A stretch of DNA of 64,000 nt from Desulfurococcales archaeon (GCA_027022365.1 JALVYU010000030.1:29140-93139); one strand, 5' to 3'. Positions 1-10,315 are shown, numbered from the stretch's first letter. Notes: generated from the letters alone by a model not told the origin. Numbers and translations: made by a program.

Positions 1-1106
1 CTCATTATCTTTGTCGAGTCCTTGTCTACAATGAGTACCTCCTGGCCTCCATCCCCATTTATGTCAGGGAGAACAACTGGTTGTCCATAACCTATCGACT
101 TAACTGATCGCCAGAACCACCCAGTGACGATGTCGTATATTTTGACGTCCCCTGTAGAATTGAATACTAGGAGTTTATCTAAGGTTACCAGAATATCTAC
201 CGGACCAGCGAGGCTTTTCTCGTAGAGTTCACGGTAGACGCCCATCAGGTATGCATGAACACTATATGTTTCCCTGCCTAGAAGCGATAATGTCTTCTCA
301 ACAATCAAGGCCAATACTCTGTTGCCATGATCGACAAGGATGGTCTTATCTGGGAGAGCATTTGTCAGTGTTAGGCCCATCTTATAGTTGCCGTAAGATA
401 GGCTGATCCTTGAGATGAAACGTGCCCTGACCTCGTCTTCGTGGACGACAATTGTTTCCGTCGAGCCCTGCGATAACGTGGGTGTTTCCACCCATGGGTT
501 TATTGTTGGTACGGGAGCGTTAACCGCTAGGTACGCTGTGCCTTCATCGAATATTATCTCGGTGCTATTGTTTTTGAGGCTCCACTCAAGTATTATCGTT
601 GAGAAGTTTTCATCGAGAATATCGAGTCTATAAAAATAATAAACTATTGTGTCATTGATTAGCTCGAACCCCCTTGATAACCTGTACCCGCTAGGTATGC
701 GTATTTCCCTACCTGCGTAACTGGTACCATTTATCCATAGATAAGGCCTTGCATAAATGGTTTCATTGTCCCGGGTATACGTTATGATCAGTAATGCAGG
801 AGCAGTATTGTTAAATCCTATGGTGAAGTTCACGTGGCTTCTCGTGGTTAGATTATAGATAAGCTTGTTTAATACAGGATCATATATTATGACCTGGTTC
901 TTAGAACCTACTATAATATAATATGTATTATTGGTTCTGATAACGTTACCATAACCACTTGTACCACTGATTTTTAGCCCATGTATTTTCCTGAGAAGAT
1001 AGAAGCCGGGCGGCGTGATCGGCTGGGCTTGAATAGGGGTGGGAAGGACTAGTAGGTGTGACAGAATGATCGCAAGTGCGAGTATTAATAACAATCGCTG
1101 TATCAA
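1..1106 (-). CDS. Secreted/surface protein with FG-GAP/VCBS-like motif, runs off window start (absent from ORF track)
   Basis: Manual translation from TTG at 1106 (GGTG upstream): MIQRLLLILALAIILSHLLVLPTPIQAQ signal peptide. Same frame at window edge reads PVVLPDINGDGGQEVLIVD (DxNGDG Ca-binding-type motif). Middle not fully checked for stops. Confidence 0.75.
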   Translation of the reverse strand, partial: MIQRLLLILALAIILSHLLVLPTPIQAQPITPPGFYLLRKIHGLKISGTSGYGNVIRTNNTYYIIVGSKNQVIIYDPVLNKLIYNLTTRSHVNFTIGFNNTAPALLIITYTRDNETIYARPYLWINGTSYAGREIRIPSGYRLSRGFELINDTIVYYFYRLDILDENFSTIILEWSLKNNSTEIIFDEGTAYLAVNAPVPTINPWVETPTLSQGSTETIVVHEDEVRARFISRISLSYGNYKMGLTLTNALPDKTILVDHGNRVLALIVEKTLSLLGRETYSVHAYLMGVYRELYEKSLAGPVDILVTLDKLLVFNSTGDVKIYDIVTGWFWRSVKSIGYGQPVVLPDINGDGGQEVLIVDKDSTKIM

Positions 1107-1158
1107 CGCATGTGCACCGGGATAAAGATAGACTAGACCAGGATTAAAAACAAGTCTG

Positions 1159-2478
1159 CTATCTCGTTAAAAGGTGGAAGCCGAGAGACGTTCTTCTTTT
1201 CCTCTTGAATAGCTTCATGGTAAATATCTTTTCCGTCCCTATGATCCTGGATGCGATGTATAGTACTATGATGGCGTAGGCCCACGAGGAGAAACCAGCC
1301 ACTAGCTGAGCAGTATAATTACCGGCCAGGCCGAGACTAAGTATGAATACAAGGTTAGCAAACGGAATAGCCGCTATGGCTGTCTGCTGTATAGGGCTCA
1401 TGCTTGTTATATCTAGGAATAAGCCGATGAAGATTGACAGCATTAGTGGTGCAATAATGTATCCACTAATTATCTGTGCGCTCCTAACATCGTCCACAAA
1501 CATTGCTAGTAGAAGAGCTACTCCTAGGGCTAGGAAGAGCGTGCCGAACCCAGCTATGACCAGGACTGCCGGGGTCTGCACCCCCACAGCTTTTACTAGT
1601 GCTGATAAAGCGATTGACGAGGATGCACTACTGTTTGTTGCACCGAGGCTTGACATCTGGGAGAAGTACCAGGCCATTATGGCGAAGTATGCTCCGCCAC
1701 CTATTAGGCTAACTATGAATGCAGCGGTTACTTTCGCGGCGATGAGGCTGAACCGGCTAAGAGGAAGGGTTAGTAGGGTCTCCAGCATCTTCTGTTCTTT
1801 TTCAACAGCGATACTCGTAGCTGATAGCTGGGCTACGAAGCCTGCGAGTAATCCTATTATTAAGGGTACGAAGAGGCCGAGCATAAGCAGTGGCCCGGTC
1901 ACTTGTGACGGTTCAATATTCTTTATAATGATATTCCCGATAACAATGTTGCTTGTACTGTTCACGGGGGAAGACACGTACTCCGGCGATAGCCCGGCTT
2001 TCTCAAGGATCTGCTTTGACAACATGTCGGAGTACTGACGTATTATTCCATAAACCTTGTATCCCATCATCATACTTGTGAAGCTGATCCCCCTGATCTT
2101 ATAGTATACCTGGAGATACGCCGTGTATCCTCTGGTCAGGTTTTCGGAGAACCCTTTCGGGATAACTAGGATGCATAAGGCATTATCGTAGTTCTTTATG
2201 GCGGAGTCTATATCGTTGTATCTGGTCACAGTGTATTTATGGCTTGTCAAGTAATTGATGAAGTTCTCCGCCCAATACCCATGATCTAGATCAACTAATA
2301 ATATTTCGCCGCCCGGCTTCATCGCCTGCTTCACGGCCTGCGTTGTCATTGCACCCATAATACCGTACATCAATCCCGTTAGGACTACTGGGACAATAAT
2401 CATAGTTATTAGTATCTTGGGATCACGGATAATGCTCTTCATCTCCTTAATGAATATGGTTAAGAACGCGCTCCTCAT
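1159..2478 (-). CDS. ABC-2 type exporter permease (NatB-like)
   Basis: N-terminal TM, large extracytoplasmic domain, SIAVEKEQKMLETLLTLP motif, C-terminal TMs; overlaps ATPase gene. Confidence 0.88.
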   Translation of the reverse strand: MRSAFLTIFIKEMKSIIRDPKILITMIIVPVVLTGLMYGIMGAMTTQAVKQAMKPGGEILLVDLDHGYWAENFINYLTSHKYTVTRYNDIDSAIKNYDNALCILVIPKGFSENLTRGYTAYLQVYYKIRGISFTSMMMGYKVYGIIRQYSDMLSKQILEKAGLSPEYVSSPVNSTSNIVIGNIIIKNIEPSQVTGPLLMLGLFVPLIIGLLAGFVAQLSATSIAVEKEQKMLETLLTLPLSRFSLIAAKVTAAFIVSLIGGGAYFAIMAWYFSQMSSLGATNSSASSSIALSALVKAVGVQTPAVLVIAGFGTLFLALGVALLLAMFVDDVRSAQIISGYIIAPLMLSIFIGLFLDITSMSPIQQTAIAAIPFANLVFILSLGLAGNYTAQLVAGFSSWAYAIIVLYIASRIIGTEKIFTMKLFKRKRRTSLGFHLLTR

Positions 2479-3218
2479 ATCTCCTCGCCTCCAACGATCT
2501 TCGCGAAAACCTCCTCTAGGTTCTCCGCCCCATACATACTCTTGAGCTCGGCCGGTGAGCCCTCGGCGACGATGCGGCCCTCATGTATTATGCCGACACG
2601 ATCGCAGAGGTACTCCACCTCCAGCATGTTGTGGCTGCTCAGTAAGACCGTTACGCCGTATTCTCTCGTGTATTTCTTGATGATTCTCCTCACCCTCGTC
2701 GAGTTTATAACGTCGAGCCCGCTTGTGGGCTCATCTAGGATTGCCAGTTTTGGATGTACCATGAGTGTCTTGGCGATCAGAAGTCTCCTCAGCATCCCCT
2801 TGCTGTAGGTCTTGATCTTGTCCTTGATCCTCATCCCGAGACCACTGATCTTCCATGCCTCCTGGATCATCCGCCTCTTCTCCTGCTCGTCCTCAGCGTA
2901 AAACGAGGCTATGAAGTCTAGGAACTCCAGGCCTGACAAGTATTTATATGCTCCCGCTTCTTCGGGTAGGTAAGCTATGAGTCTCCTGACTTTCTCCGGC
3001 TCGCTCTTCACATCATATCCGTAGATCCTCGCCGTCCCGCTCGTCGGCTCAAGGATGGTGGCGAGTATTCTGAGGGTTGTTGTTTTGCCTGCTCCATTCG
3101 GGCCTATTAGCCCGTATATCTCACCCTCTTCCACGGTAAAGCTAAGGCCTTTCAGCGCCTCTTTTCCGCCAGGATACACTTTATGTAGGTCGTTGACCTC
3201 TACTACTTGTGTGGGCAA
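2475..3218 (-). CDS. ABC exporter ATP-binding protein (NatA-like)
   Basis: Walker A GPNGAGKTT, signature YSKGM, Walker B ILDEPT, H-loop SSH. Confidence 0.93.
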   Translation of the reverse strand: MPTQVVEVNDLHKVYPGGKEALKGLSFTVEEGEIYGLIGPNGAGKTTTLRILATILEPTSGTARIYGYDVKSEPEKVRRLIAYLPEEAGAYKYLSGLEFLDFIASFYAEDEQEKRRMIQEAWKISGLGMRIKDKIKTYSKGMLRRLLIAKTLMVHPKLAILDEPTSGLDVINSTRVRRIIKKYTREYGVTVLLSSHNMLEVEYLCDRVGIIHEGRIVAEGSPAELKSMYGAENLEEVFAKIVGGEEI

Positions 3219-3246
3219 GCCTTATTACACCTTGATCACAAACTGT

Positions 3247-3265
3247 TACCTCGGAGTCAGAGGTA
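3247..3265. promoter_or_regulatory. Inverted repeat, putative PadR operator
   Basis: TACCTCgGAgTCaGAGGTA dyad in the divergent region between ABC ATPase and padR. Confidence 0.55.
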
Positions 3266-3303
3266 TTATTTCAAACATCTAATATATAAACTCTGCTCAA
3301 CCA

Positions 3304-3669
3304 GTGATCATAATGGACAGGGAGAAAATCAAGCAAAGAATACTGAGAGATCTACGGCTAGGACTATACAAGTTGATAGTACTCAGTATCATCTACAAAT
3401 ACGGGCCTATACACGGCTATAACCTAAGGAAGAAGATCGAGGAATTATCCCGCGGACTACTAAAGCCCAGCGAGAGCACAGTATACGATACACTCAAAAA
3501 GCTGGAAAAACTCGGATTAATCGAGAGCTACTGGGTTGCATCATCTGGGTATCCAATGAAAAAGTACTACCGTGTAAAGGCTGAAAACCAAGAACTTATT
3601 ATAGAAATAATCCGTGAAGCCCTCAAAGAGGGGGAGATCATAAGTAGGATACTCCGTGATATACCATGA
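3304..3669 (+). CDS. PadR family transcriptional regulator
   Basis: GPIHGYNL...SESTVYDTLKKLEKLGLIES...KKYY wHTH pattern. Confidence 0.9.
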   Translation: MIIMDREKIKQRILRDLRLGLYKLIVLSIIYKYGPIHGYNLRKKIEELSRGLLKPSESTVYDTLKKLEKLGLIESYWVASSGYPMKKYYRVKAENQELIIEIIREALKEGEIISRILRDIP

Positions 3670-4506
3670 CGGATCAAGTTAGTCTAGTCCTGGATATATA
3701 CGTGGCCATATTCGTGATAGCGGGTTTAATAACAATAATTATCGGCTTATATGGAAAAGTCACGCCGTTCCTAGGGCTGAGAATAGGCTATATTTATGTG
3801 TCTAGGAGGCTATGGCGAAAATACAATATCGTCACGGGAATCTCGTCGATAATCTATGCACTAATACTCTACATTATATCTATATGGTTCAACAACATAT
3901 TACTTATCATGATATCTCCGCTACCCTACCTAGCATTACTCCTCATAATAGTTTTCATGGCCGAGCGGGAAGCCGAGCGAGAAAGCCTCAGGACACCGCA
4001 GGAGACCAGGGGAATAGAGTTCAAGAAAGGATTCAGGACGGCTATTCCAGCTATAATTATAAGCCTTATTGCATACGTTTCCTCTATAGCATACATTATT
4101 CTATCATACCCGCTTCTCCCATCCAGAGTTGCATCGCATTTCGGCCCAGGAGGACAACCAGATGGCTTCATGGCTAAGAATGCCCTACTATTAACGAGTT
4201 TCCTAGCAATACTTGTGCTCGCAGCTATAACCTTCTTCCTAGCCTATTTGGGCATCAAAAAACCGGAGGCCTTACATGAAATGGGACGCGACAGTGAAGA
4301 CCGTGGATGCTCTCTTCGTATTCCTAGCATACATCAACGTGATCGTATCTCTAGCCCTTGTAGACACAGTATACTATAACCTAGAGGGAAAACACCTTCT
4401 GCCGTCTGGAGCAGCAGTATACTTGTTCGTGCTACCAACAATAGTATTCCTAGCTATAACCTTCTACTACGTTGTGAAAGGATACCAGAAGCCCTATCTA
4501 CCCTGA
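3666..4506 (+). pseudogene. SdpI/DUF1648-like membrane protein, frameshifted (ORFs 3666-4379 and 4276-4506)
   Basis: GLRIGY..S...W SdpI-like motif and YPLLPSRVASHFGPGGQPDGF DUF1648 motif. The hydrophobic C-terminus continues in the +1 frame after an A6 run at 4257-4262. Confidence 0.65.
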
Positions 4507-5270
4507 CCACGTACATCCACGACGAACTTCCTACTATAACGTAGTATCCACCTAGTACCATGACCAAGCTTCAACCCGCTAATGACCTTCTCGGGATCCA
4601 TGACATAGCATCCCGCTATACGGGTAATCCCTGTATCCTTGAGAAAAACCGGGTGAAGCTGAGCCGTCGGGCCGACAAGCACTTTCTCTCTTGCTCTACT
4701 GGTCATGCTCAGTACATAGTCCATCGAGCCATTAACCAGCGCCGAGCCTGTAATGAACACTATGTCGGCGCGGCTCCCCATGAATGATATATATGTCCCC
4801 GGCAACGAATCACTTCTCCTACAAGGATCATCCTCGAGGACAAGTACCTCCCGGGCCCTGCCGCGGACACGCTCAACCAGCGGCCTAATGTCGCCGATAA
4901 ATAAGACTACGTCTTCATCACTGATGTCTACTGCATCCGATGCATCAACATCATTGTCTAGATCAATAGGGCCCGTTTTATCGTATAGGTACTGAGAATA
5001 CGTGTTGAGCAACGCAAATCCGATCTGCCGCTCATATGGTTCACTTGATAGGATATATTTCACTAGATCCGCCGGGTTAATGAATTCAATATTAGGTGGT
5101 CTCCTACGGAGATGATCGGTAAACGTGTGTGATAATCCAAGATACTCCTTAGCCCCTATTCTTACTAGGGCATAAGTGTATCTAAGACAGATACATGCAT
5201 CGATAATTTCTATAGGCGTGTGTTCATATGCTTGCTCTATATTTTTCACCAGACGATCATAAAACTTCAT
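4494..5270 (-). CDS. DUF364 / Rossmann-like domain protein
   Basis: ADIVFITGSALVNGSMD...LVGPTAQLHP motif typical of DUF364. Confidence 0.8.
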   Translation of the reverse strand: MKFYDRLVKNIEQAYEHTPIEIIDACICLRYTYALVRIGAKEYLGLSHTFTDHLRRRPPNIEFINPADLVKYILSSEPYERQIGFALLNTYSQYLYDKTGPIDLDNDVDASDAVDISDEDVVLFIGDIRPLVERVRGRAREVLVLEDDPCRRSDSLPGTYISFMGSRADIVFITGSALVNGSMDYVLSMTSRAREKVLVGPTAQLHPVFLKDTGITRIAGCYVMDPEKVISGLKLGHGTRWILRYSRKFVVDVRGQGR

Positions 5271-5512
5271 TATGGCGCCACCATTCGTTGATTGGCCGTG
5301 CTAACCTAAATGCGTATCTCGGCGGAAAAACTATAAAATCTTATAATGCAGGCTTGATTCTCCATATATAGAGTCTCATCTGGATATATCGGATACTACT
5401 TTGTTGCTCCCGAGAAAAAAGCATGATGCACCATTTATTAGGTTAGATCAGGCTGGCGCCTAAGAATACGATAAAATGTAGCCGCTCTAATGACAAAAAC
5501 AACAAGGAGCAA

Positions 5513-5588
5513 GGGTCCGTGCCCGCTTACTGCTTTTCTCGGCATCGCCCTATGAAGGGGGCTTCCATCCCGGGTTCCTCTTCATCCC
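5513..5588 (-). ncRNA. Probable C/D-box guide sRNA
   Basis: GGG/CCC terminal stem, C-like ATGAAGA, D'-like TGGA, C'-like ATGCCGA, D-like CGGA. First guide GGAACCCGGGA complements the tRNA T-arm sequence UCCCGGGUUC. T-rich tract downstream. Boxes are degenerate. Confidence 0.5.
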
Positions 5589-5702
5589 ATGTAGGATAAA
5601 ACGACATAATAGTTAATCAAGGTTTCTTATTAAGGAGAAAATGATGAGTAGGTATGAAGGTAATAAGATAAAAGAAAAAATAACAGTACTAGGTATTTAG
5701 CC

Positions 5703-6056
5703 TTATTTTTCGCTTGTGTATTCCTTTATGGCTTTCTCGACGAGCTGAACATATGCAAGAGCAGGTCCGCCGTTCATAACTACTGCTACCCATGACGCCT
5801 CCATGATTTCCTCCGGTGTAGCGCCAGCTTCAAGTGCTGATTTAACATGGAGTGCTATGCACCATTTACAGTGGGCGACAACACTTAACGCCACAGCTAT
5901 AAGCTCCTTGGTCTTGGTATCTAATGCTCCGGGCTTATTAACTGTCTGGAGGAGATTAAGGAACGCTCTCGTCTGGTCTGGAAATTCTTTAAGCCATTTC
6001 TTGAAGGATTCTTGAAACTCCTGGCTAAGCTCTCGCATCAAGCCCGATTCACCCAT
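5703..6056 (-). CDS. Carboxymuconolactone decarboxylase/AhpD family protein
   Basis: GALDTKTKELIAVALS..HCKWCIALH..ALEAGAT.EEI.E CxxC motif. Confidence 0.9.
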   Translation of the reverse strand: MGESGLMRELSQEFQESFKKWLKEFPDQTRAFLNLLQTVNKPGALDTKTKELIAVALSVVAHCKWCIALHVKSALEAGATPEEIMEASWVAVVMNGGPALAYVQLVEKAIKEYTSEK

Positions 6057-6152
6057 TTATGAATATAAAGAAATAGAACATTATAAGCATTAATTTTTAT
6101 ACCAAACTATATAGTATGGGTATGCGGCTCGTTTAAGGAGGTTTAACCCGGT

Positions 6153-7472
6153 TTGCTGATCGCGCATCTAGCAGATACACATCTCGGTAAGAAACAATAC
6201 CACTTAGAGTGGAGGGAACAAGATTTCTATGATGCTTTCACATATGCTATCGAGCAGGCAATAAGCGAACACGTTGATGCGATCATTATTTCCGGCGATA
6301 TGTTCGACACATACAAACCACCTAACCGGGCAATAAAAATCGCCCGTGATACTCTTAAGAGAGCAGCGGACAAGGGGATCAAAATATACAGTATCCTCGG
6401 CGAACACGATACCCCCAAGACAAGGGACTATCCACCACAAGTACTAGTTCCCGAGATCAGGCTTCTCGGCATAAACGATTACATGGATATCATTGAGAAG
6501 GATGGGGCAAAGTACACGATAGCTGGAATAATACATCATCCCCCGACACAGAGGGGGCTAGCGAACCTGAAGAAAAAGATTAAACAAATAGCGGTTGATG
6601 CTGAGGGCAAAACCTTACTCATGCTCCACCAGACAATAATCAATTTCTTCAAGCTCGAGAGGGGTCTGGAGATACACGAGATACCCGAGAACATAAGCTA
6701 TGTCGCCATGGGCCACCTGCACTGGAGAAAACTATACCGTAGAAGCAATGGCCAACTCATAGCATATCCAGGAAGCCTCGAGATAACGAGCGTGGACGAT
6801 ATAGATGATTGGAAGAAAAACGGTAAAGGCTTCTACATAGTTGACCTGTCGGGAGACCGGCCGGAGGCCGACAAGATAGATGTTCCGGTCACGCCACAGG
6901 AGAAAATAGTGCTCGAATACCCCAAGCACAGGATAATGCTTGCAAAGATTATGCCTGAGCTCCGAAAACACGCGGAAAGCGGCAAGCTGATCATCCACGT
7001 AATCCTTCATTTACCCAGGAAGCTTGAAGCCTCGCCGGAGACAGAGATAAGACAGATCATATCCAGGGAGCTGGGCGGAATAGAAAAACTACACATAACG
7101 TGGACGAGGAGATACATCGGCGAGGAAGACGAGAAAGCAATAGAGGAGCAGCTCGAAGAACAAGACCCCAAAGAGATAGAGAAGAGTGTTATCTCGATAA
7201 TTCTGGCCGACAACAAAGAGCCAGACAAGGAACACTTGGAACTAGCAGAGACAATAGTAGCGCTCAAAGACATGCTCGCCAACGACGACCTCATCAACGC
7301 GCAGCACCTAGTCGAAGAGATAGCGAGACACGAGTACTGGCTAAGAAAGATCAGGCTCCCTCAAGCCACGATAATCACAGTAACCAAGACCATTACCAGT
7401 ACAAGGACGAGTAGGCCTAGAGAGGCGTCTAGGAAGCCTATGAGGCTAGACGAGTTCCTAAGAGGAGGATAA
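6153..7472 (+). CDS. mre11: DNA double-strand break repair nuclease Mre11
   Basis: ADTHLG, GDMFD, GEHD, HQ, GHLH, YPGS phosphoesterase motifs; upstream of rad50. Confidence 0.93.
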   Translation: MLIAHLADTHLGKKQYHLEWREQDFYDAFTYAIEQAISEHVDAIIISGDMFDTYKPPNRAIKIARDTLKRAADKGIKIYSILGEHDTPKTRDYPPQVLVPEIRLLGINDYMDIIEKDGAKYTIAGIIHHPPTQRGLANLKKKIKQIAVDAEGKTLLMLHQTIINFFKLERGLEIHEIPENISYVAMGHLHWRKLYRRSNGQLIAYPGSLEITSVDDIDDWKKNGKGFYIVDLSGDRPEADKIDVPVTPQEKIVLEYPKHRIMLAKIMPELRKHAESGKLIIHVILHLPRKLEASPETEIRQIISRELGGIEKLHITWTRRYIGEEDEKAIEEQLEEQDPKEIEKSVISIILADNKEPDKEHLELAETIVALKDMLANDDLINAQHLVEEIARHEYWLRKIRLPQATIITVTKTITSTRTSRPREASRKPMRLDEFLRGG

Positions 7473-7477
7473 ACACC

Positions 7478-10315
7478 ATGAGGGCCCAATACACGATAAA
7501 AAAGATAATCCTAAAGAACTTCATAAGCCACCGCGAAACAATCATTGATTTCGATCAAGGAGTAACCGTGCTAATAGGCCCAAACGGCGCAGGCAAGACA
7601 AGCATACTAGAAGCAATATATTTCGCCCTAACAGGCAAGGGATGGAGAGCCCAGCGGAGAAAGAAAGACCTCATCAATACCAGTGCGCGGGAAGCAACCG
7701 TAGAGATGATCATGAGTATAGGGGATAACGAAGAACTATACATCAAGAGGAAAATACCGGGGACACCCACTGACACGATCCTCCAACTAAGAGTCGACGG
7801 AAAAACAGTGGATACAGCTAGGGGTGAAGCACAGGTAAACGAGAAGATAAGGGAAATACTGGGGTTAGACCCGGAGAAGCTGAGGACGATAGCGATAATA
7901 CCGCAGGGAGGAATAACGAGGCTATTCACAGATCTTACACCCAGCGAGAGAAAGAAGATCATAGATACTCTTCTAGGAATAGATGATTACGAGAAAGCAT
8001 ATCAGAACATAGCAGAGCTGGATCTCAAAGCACCAAAACCCCTAGCATCAATAGGGATAATAACCGCGACGCCCCGCCAATCAATGATCAAGAACCTCGA
8101 GAAATATCTTGTCGAGACAATACCGCGTGAGACAAGAGAAACAAAACAACAGCTGGATAGACTAGCAAAGGAGAAGAGCAACGCGGAGAAAGAGATCAAG
8201 AGGATCGAGGAAGAAATTAGGAAAATAAATGAGGAGCTCGAAAAACTTGAAAAAGAAGTCAAAGAGCTCGAAGAAACAAGGATAAAGTATGAGAAGCTGA
8301 AGACCATAATAGAGAGGCTATCACGAGAAATAGGCGAGCTCAGCAACAGGATAAAGGAATACGAAGAAAAGATCAGAGCGATAGAAGAAAAACTAGTTCA
8401 TATGAAGCATGTAGAGAAAATACTTGAAATGGAGAAGGAATACAGCGAGTACAGGCACAAGAGAAAGCGGCTCGAAGAACTCATCGAGAGAAACAAGGAG
8501 ATCGAAGAGGAGATAAAGAGGCTAGAGCCGATTAAAAAGCGGCTTGAACAACTCATATCTAGGATCAAGAAGCCCCTCGAACAACTAGAGAAGGAAGCTG
8601 AGGAGCGCAAGAACACGATCAAAGAGAAACAGGAGCAACTCGAAAAACTAGCTGGAGAACTAGAAGCGCTAAAACACGAAGAAGCCGGTCTAGCGAAAGA
8701 ACTTGAGAACCTGGAGAGCGAGATAAAGGATTTCCTAAGGAAAACAATCAACTTGCTAGAGATCAAGGTGACCGATCCAAGGAGAGTTCCCGACATAGTA
8801 CTAGAGAAGACGATGAAGCTGATCGAAGAACATGATAGATTGAACGAAGAACTCAAAACAATAGAGAAAAAGATCGGCGAGTTAGAAGCACTTAAGAAGC
8901 AAGAAATGGAGAAACTCGAGATACTTAGGGGGACGGGAGAAGGAAAATGCCCGCTATGCGGGCAGCCGTTGACAGAGGAACATAGGGCCGAAATAATCAA
9001 GAAGACAAGGGAGAAGATAAAACGTATCGGTTCAGAGCTTGATGAACTCGTGAATACAAAGAAAAAACTAGAGAATAGGCTAAAAACTTTAGAGAACCTA
9101 ATCGATCAGGCCAGGAACCTGGCGGCTCTCGCCGAACGGGTTAAATCCTTCCTGGAGAAACGCGATGTCCTCGAGCCAAAATTGAAAGTTCTGAGAAGAA
9201 CGATAGTCGAGAAAACTAGGATAAGGGCGGAAATCGAGAAGGAAATCAAAGATCTTGAGGCGAGCCTCGAAGAAATAAACAACATGATAAATGATGCCAA
9301 GCTCTACAATGACCTCGTAAAACTGTCACCCCCGAAGAAACTCGATCTCCTCAAAGAGGAGAAGAAGAGGATCGGCGATGAGATAACAATGCTGAACCAG
9401 TGGATAAATAGTTTCGAGGACAAAATGAAGAAACTGATAGAAGGCAGGAGCGCTGATTATGAGGAAGTATTTGCCGAAGCAAGGGCAAAATATGACAAGC
9501 TAGTCATGCTGGCCGGCCAGAAAGAAGAGCTCGAGAAAGCCCTTGATAAGATCAGGGAGGAGAAGAAGACCAAGGAGAAGGAGCTCGAGAAGCTCGCCTC
9601 TGAATTGGAGAAGCTGAAGAGTAAGATCGAGGAGCTTGAGAAGGCGAAAAAGAGGAAAGAGGAACTCGAAGAGAAAAAGGAAGAGCTTCTCCGGAGGGAA
9701 GCAGAGCTCAGAGCCAGAATAGAGTCTTTGAACGAGAGGATCGAGGAGCTGGGAGAGAAGCTCGAAGAGCTACGCTCTAGGGAAAGAGCAGTGAGGGAAA
9801 TACTCTACAAGCTAAAGATCCTACAATGGATCAGGGACAACATCCTACACAGGGACAAGGCCCCTGCCCTCCTCCGGCGCCGCTATACGAGGTTAATAGA
9901 GGCGCTTATGCGCGATTATATCCGTGTATTCGAGCTAGGATACAACGATGTAAGCATCGATGACGACTTCAACATATATCTCAAAGCACCCGGATCGAGG
10001 ACACCGATCGAGATAGCCCGTCTTAGCGGGGGAGAAAAAGTAGTGGTCAGCCTAGTCGCAATGCTTGCTCTACACAAGGTTGTCGGAAGCGATAGGCTAG
10101 GGTTCCTTATCCTGGACGAGCCTACCGAGTTCCTCGACGATGAGAGGCGGAGAAAACTCATAGAGCTCCTCAAGAAGTTCGGGGGCGGGAAGATCATAAA
10201 GCAACTCATCATAGTGACACATGACGAGGAGATCAAGGAGGCAGCAGAGACACTCTACCGTGTAGCGAAGACGAATGGGTACTCGCTGGTTGAGAGAGTC
10301 GAGATAGGTGAGTGA
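7478..10315 (+). CDS. rad50: DNA double-strand break repair ATPase Rad50
   Basis: Walker A GPNGAGKT, long coiled coil, zinc hook CPLCG, LSGGE signature, ILDEPT, VTHD. Confidence 0.96.
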   Translation: MRAQYTIKKIILKNFISHRETIIDFDQGVTVLIGPNGAGKTSILEAIYFALTGKGWRAQRRKKDLINTSAREATVEMIMSIGDNEELYIKRKIPGTPTDTILQLRVDGKTVDTARGEAQVNEKIREILGLDPEKLRTIAIIPQGGITRLFTDLTPSERKKIIDTLLGIDDYEKAYQNIAELDLKAPKPLASIGIITATPRQSMIKNLEKYLVETIPRETRETKQQLDRLAKEKSNAEKEIKRIEEEIRKINEELEKLEKEVKELEETRIKYEKLKTIIERLSREIGELSNRIKEYEEKIRAIEEKLVHMKHVEKILEMEKEYSEYRHKRKRLEELIERNKEIEEEIKRLEPIKKRLEQLISRIKKPLEQLEKEAEERKNTIKEKQEQLEKLAGELEALKHEEAGLAKELENLESEIKDFLRKTINLLEIKVTDPRRVPDIVLEKTMKLIEEHDRLNEELKTIEKKIGELEALKKQEMEKLEILRGTGEGKCPLCGQPLTEEHRAEIIKKTREKIKRIGSELDELVNTKKKLENRLKTLENLIDQARNLAALAERVKSFLEKRDVLEPKLKVLRRTIVEKTRIRAEIEKEIKDLEASLEEINNMINDAKLYNDLVKLSPPKKLDLLKEEKKRIGDEITMLNQWINSFEDKMKKLIEGRSADYEEVFAEARAKYDKLVMLAGQKEELEKALDKIREEKKTKEKELEKLASELEKLKSKIEELEKAKKRKEELEEKKEELLRREAELRARIESLNERIEELGEKLEELRSRERAVREILYKLKILQWIRDNILHRDKAPALLRRRYTRLIEALMRDYIRVFELGYNDVSIDDDFNIYLKAPGSRTPIEIARLSGGEKVVVSLVAMLALHKVVGSDRLGFLILDEPTEFLDDERRRKLIELLKKFGGGKIIKQLIIVTHDEEIKEAAETLYRVAKTNGYSLVERVEIGE

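Noticed and set aside
7555-10236. Ser/Phe/Leu-rich minus-strand ORFs inside rad50, and similar antisense ORFs throughout (e.g. 1343-2038, 48278-48988, 62170-62721, 63315-63923)
   Set aside because: Shadow frames of well-supported genes on the opposite strand; their composition mirrors sense-strand codon bias.
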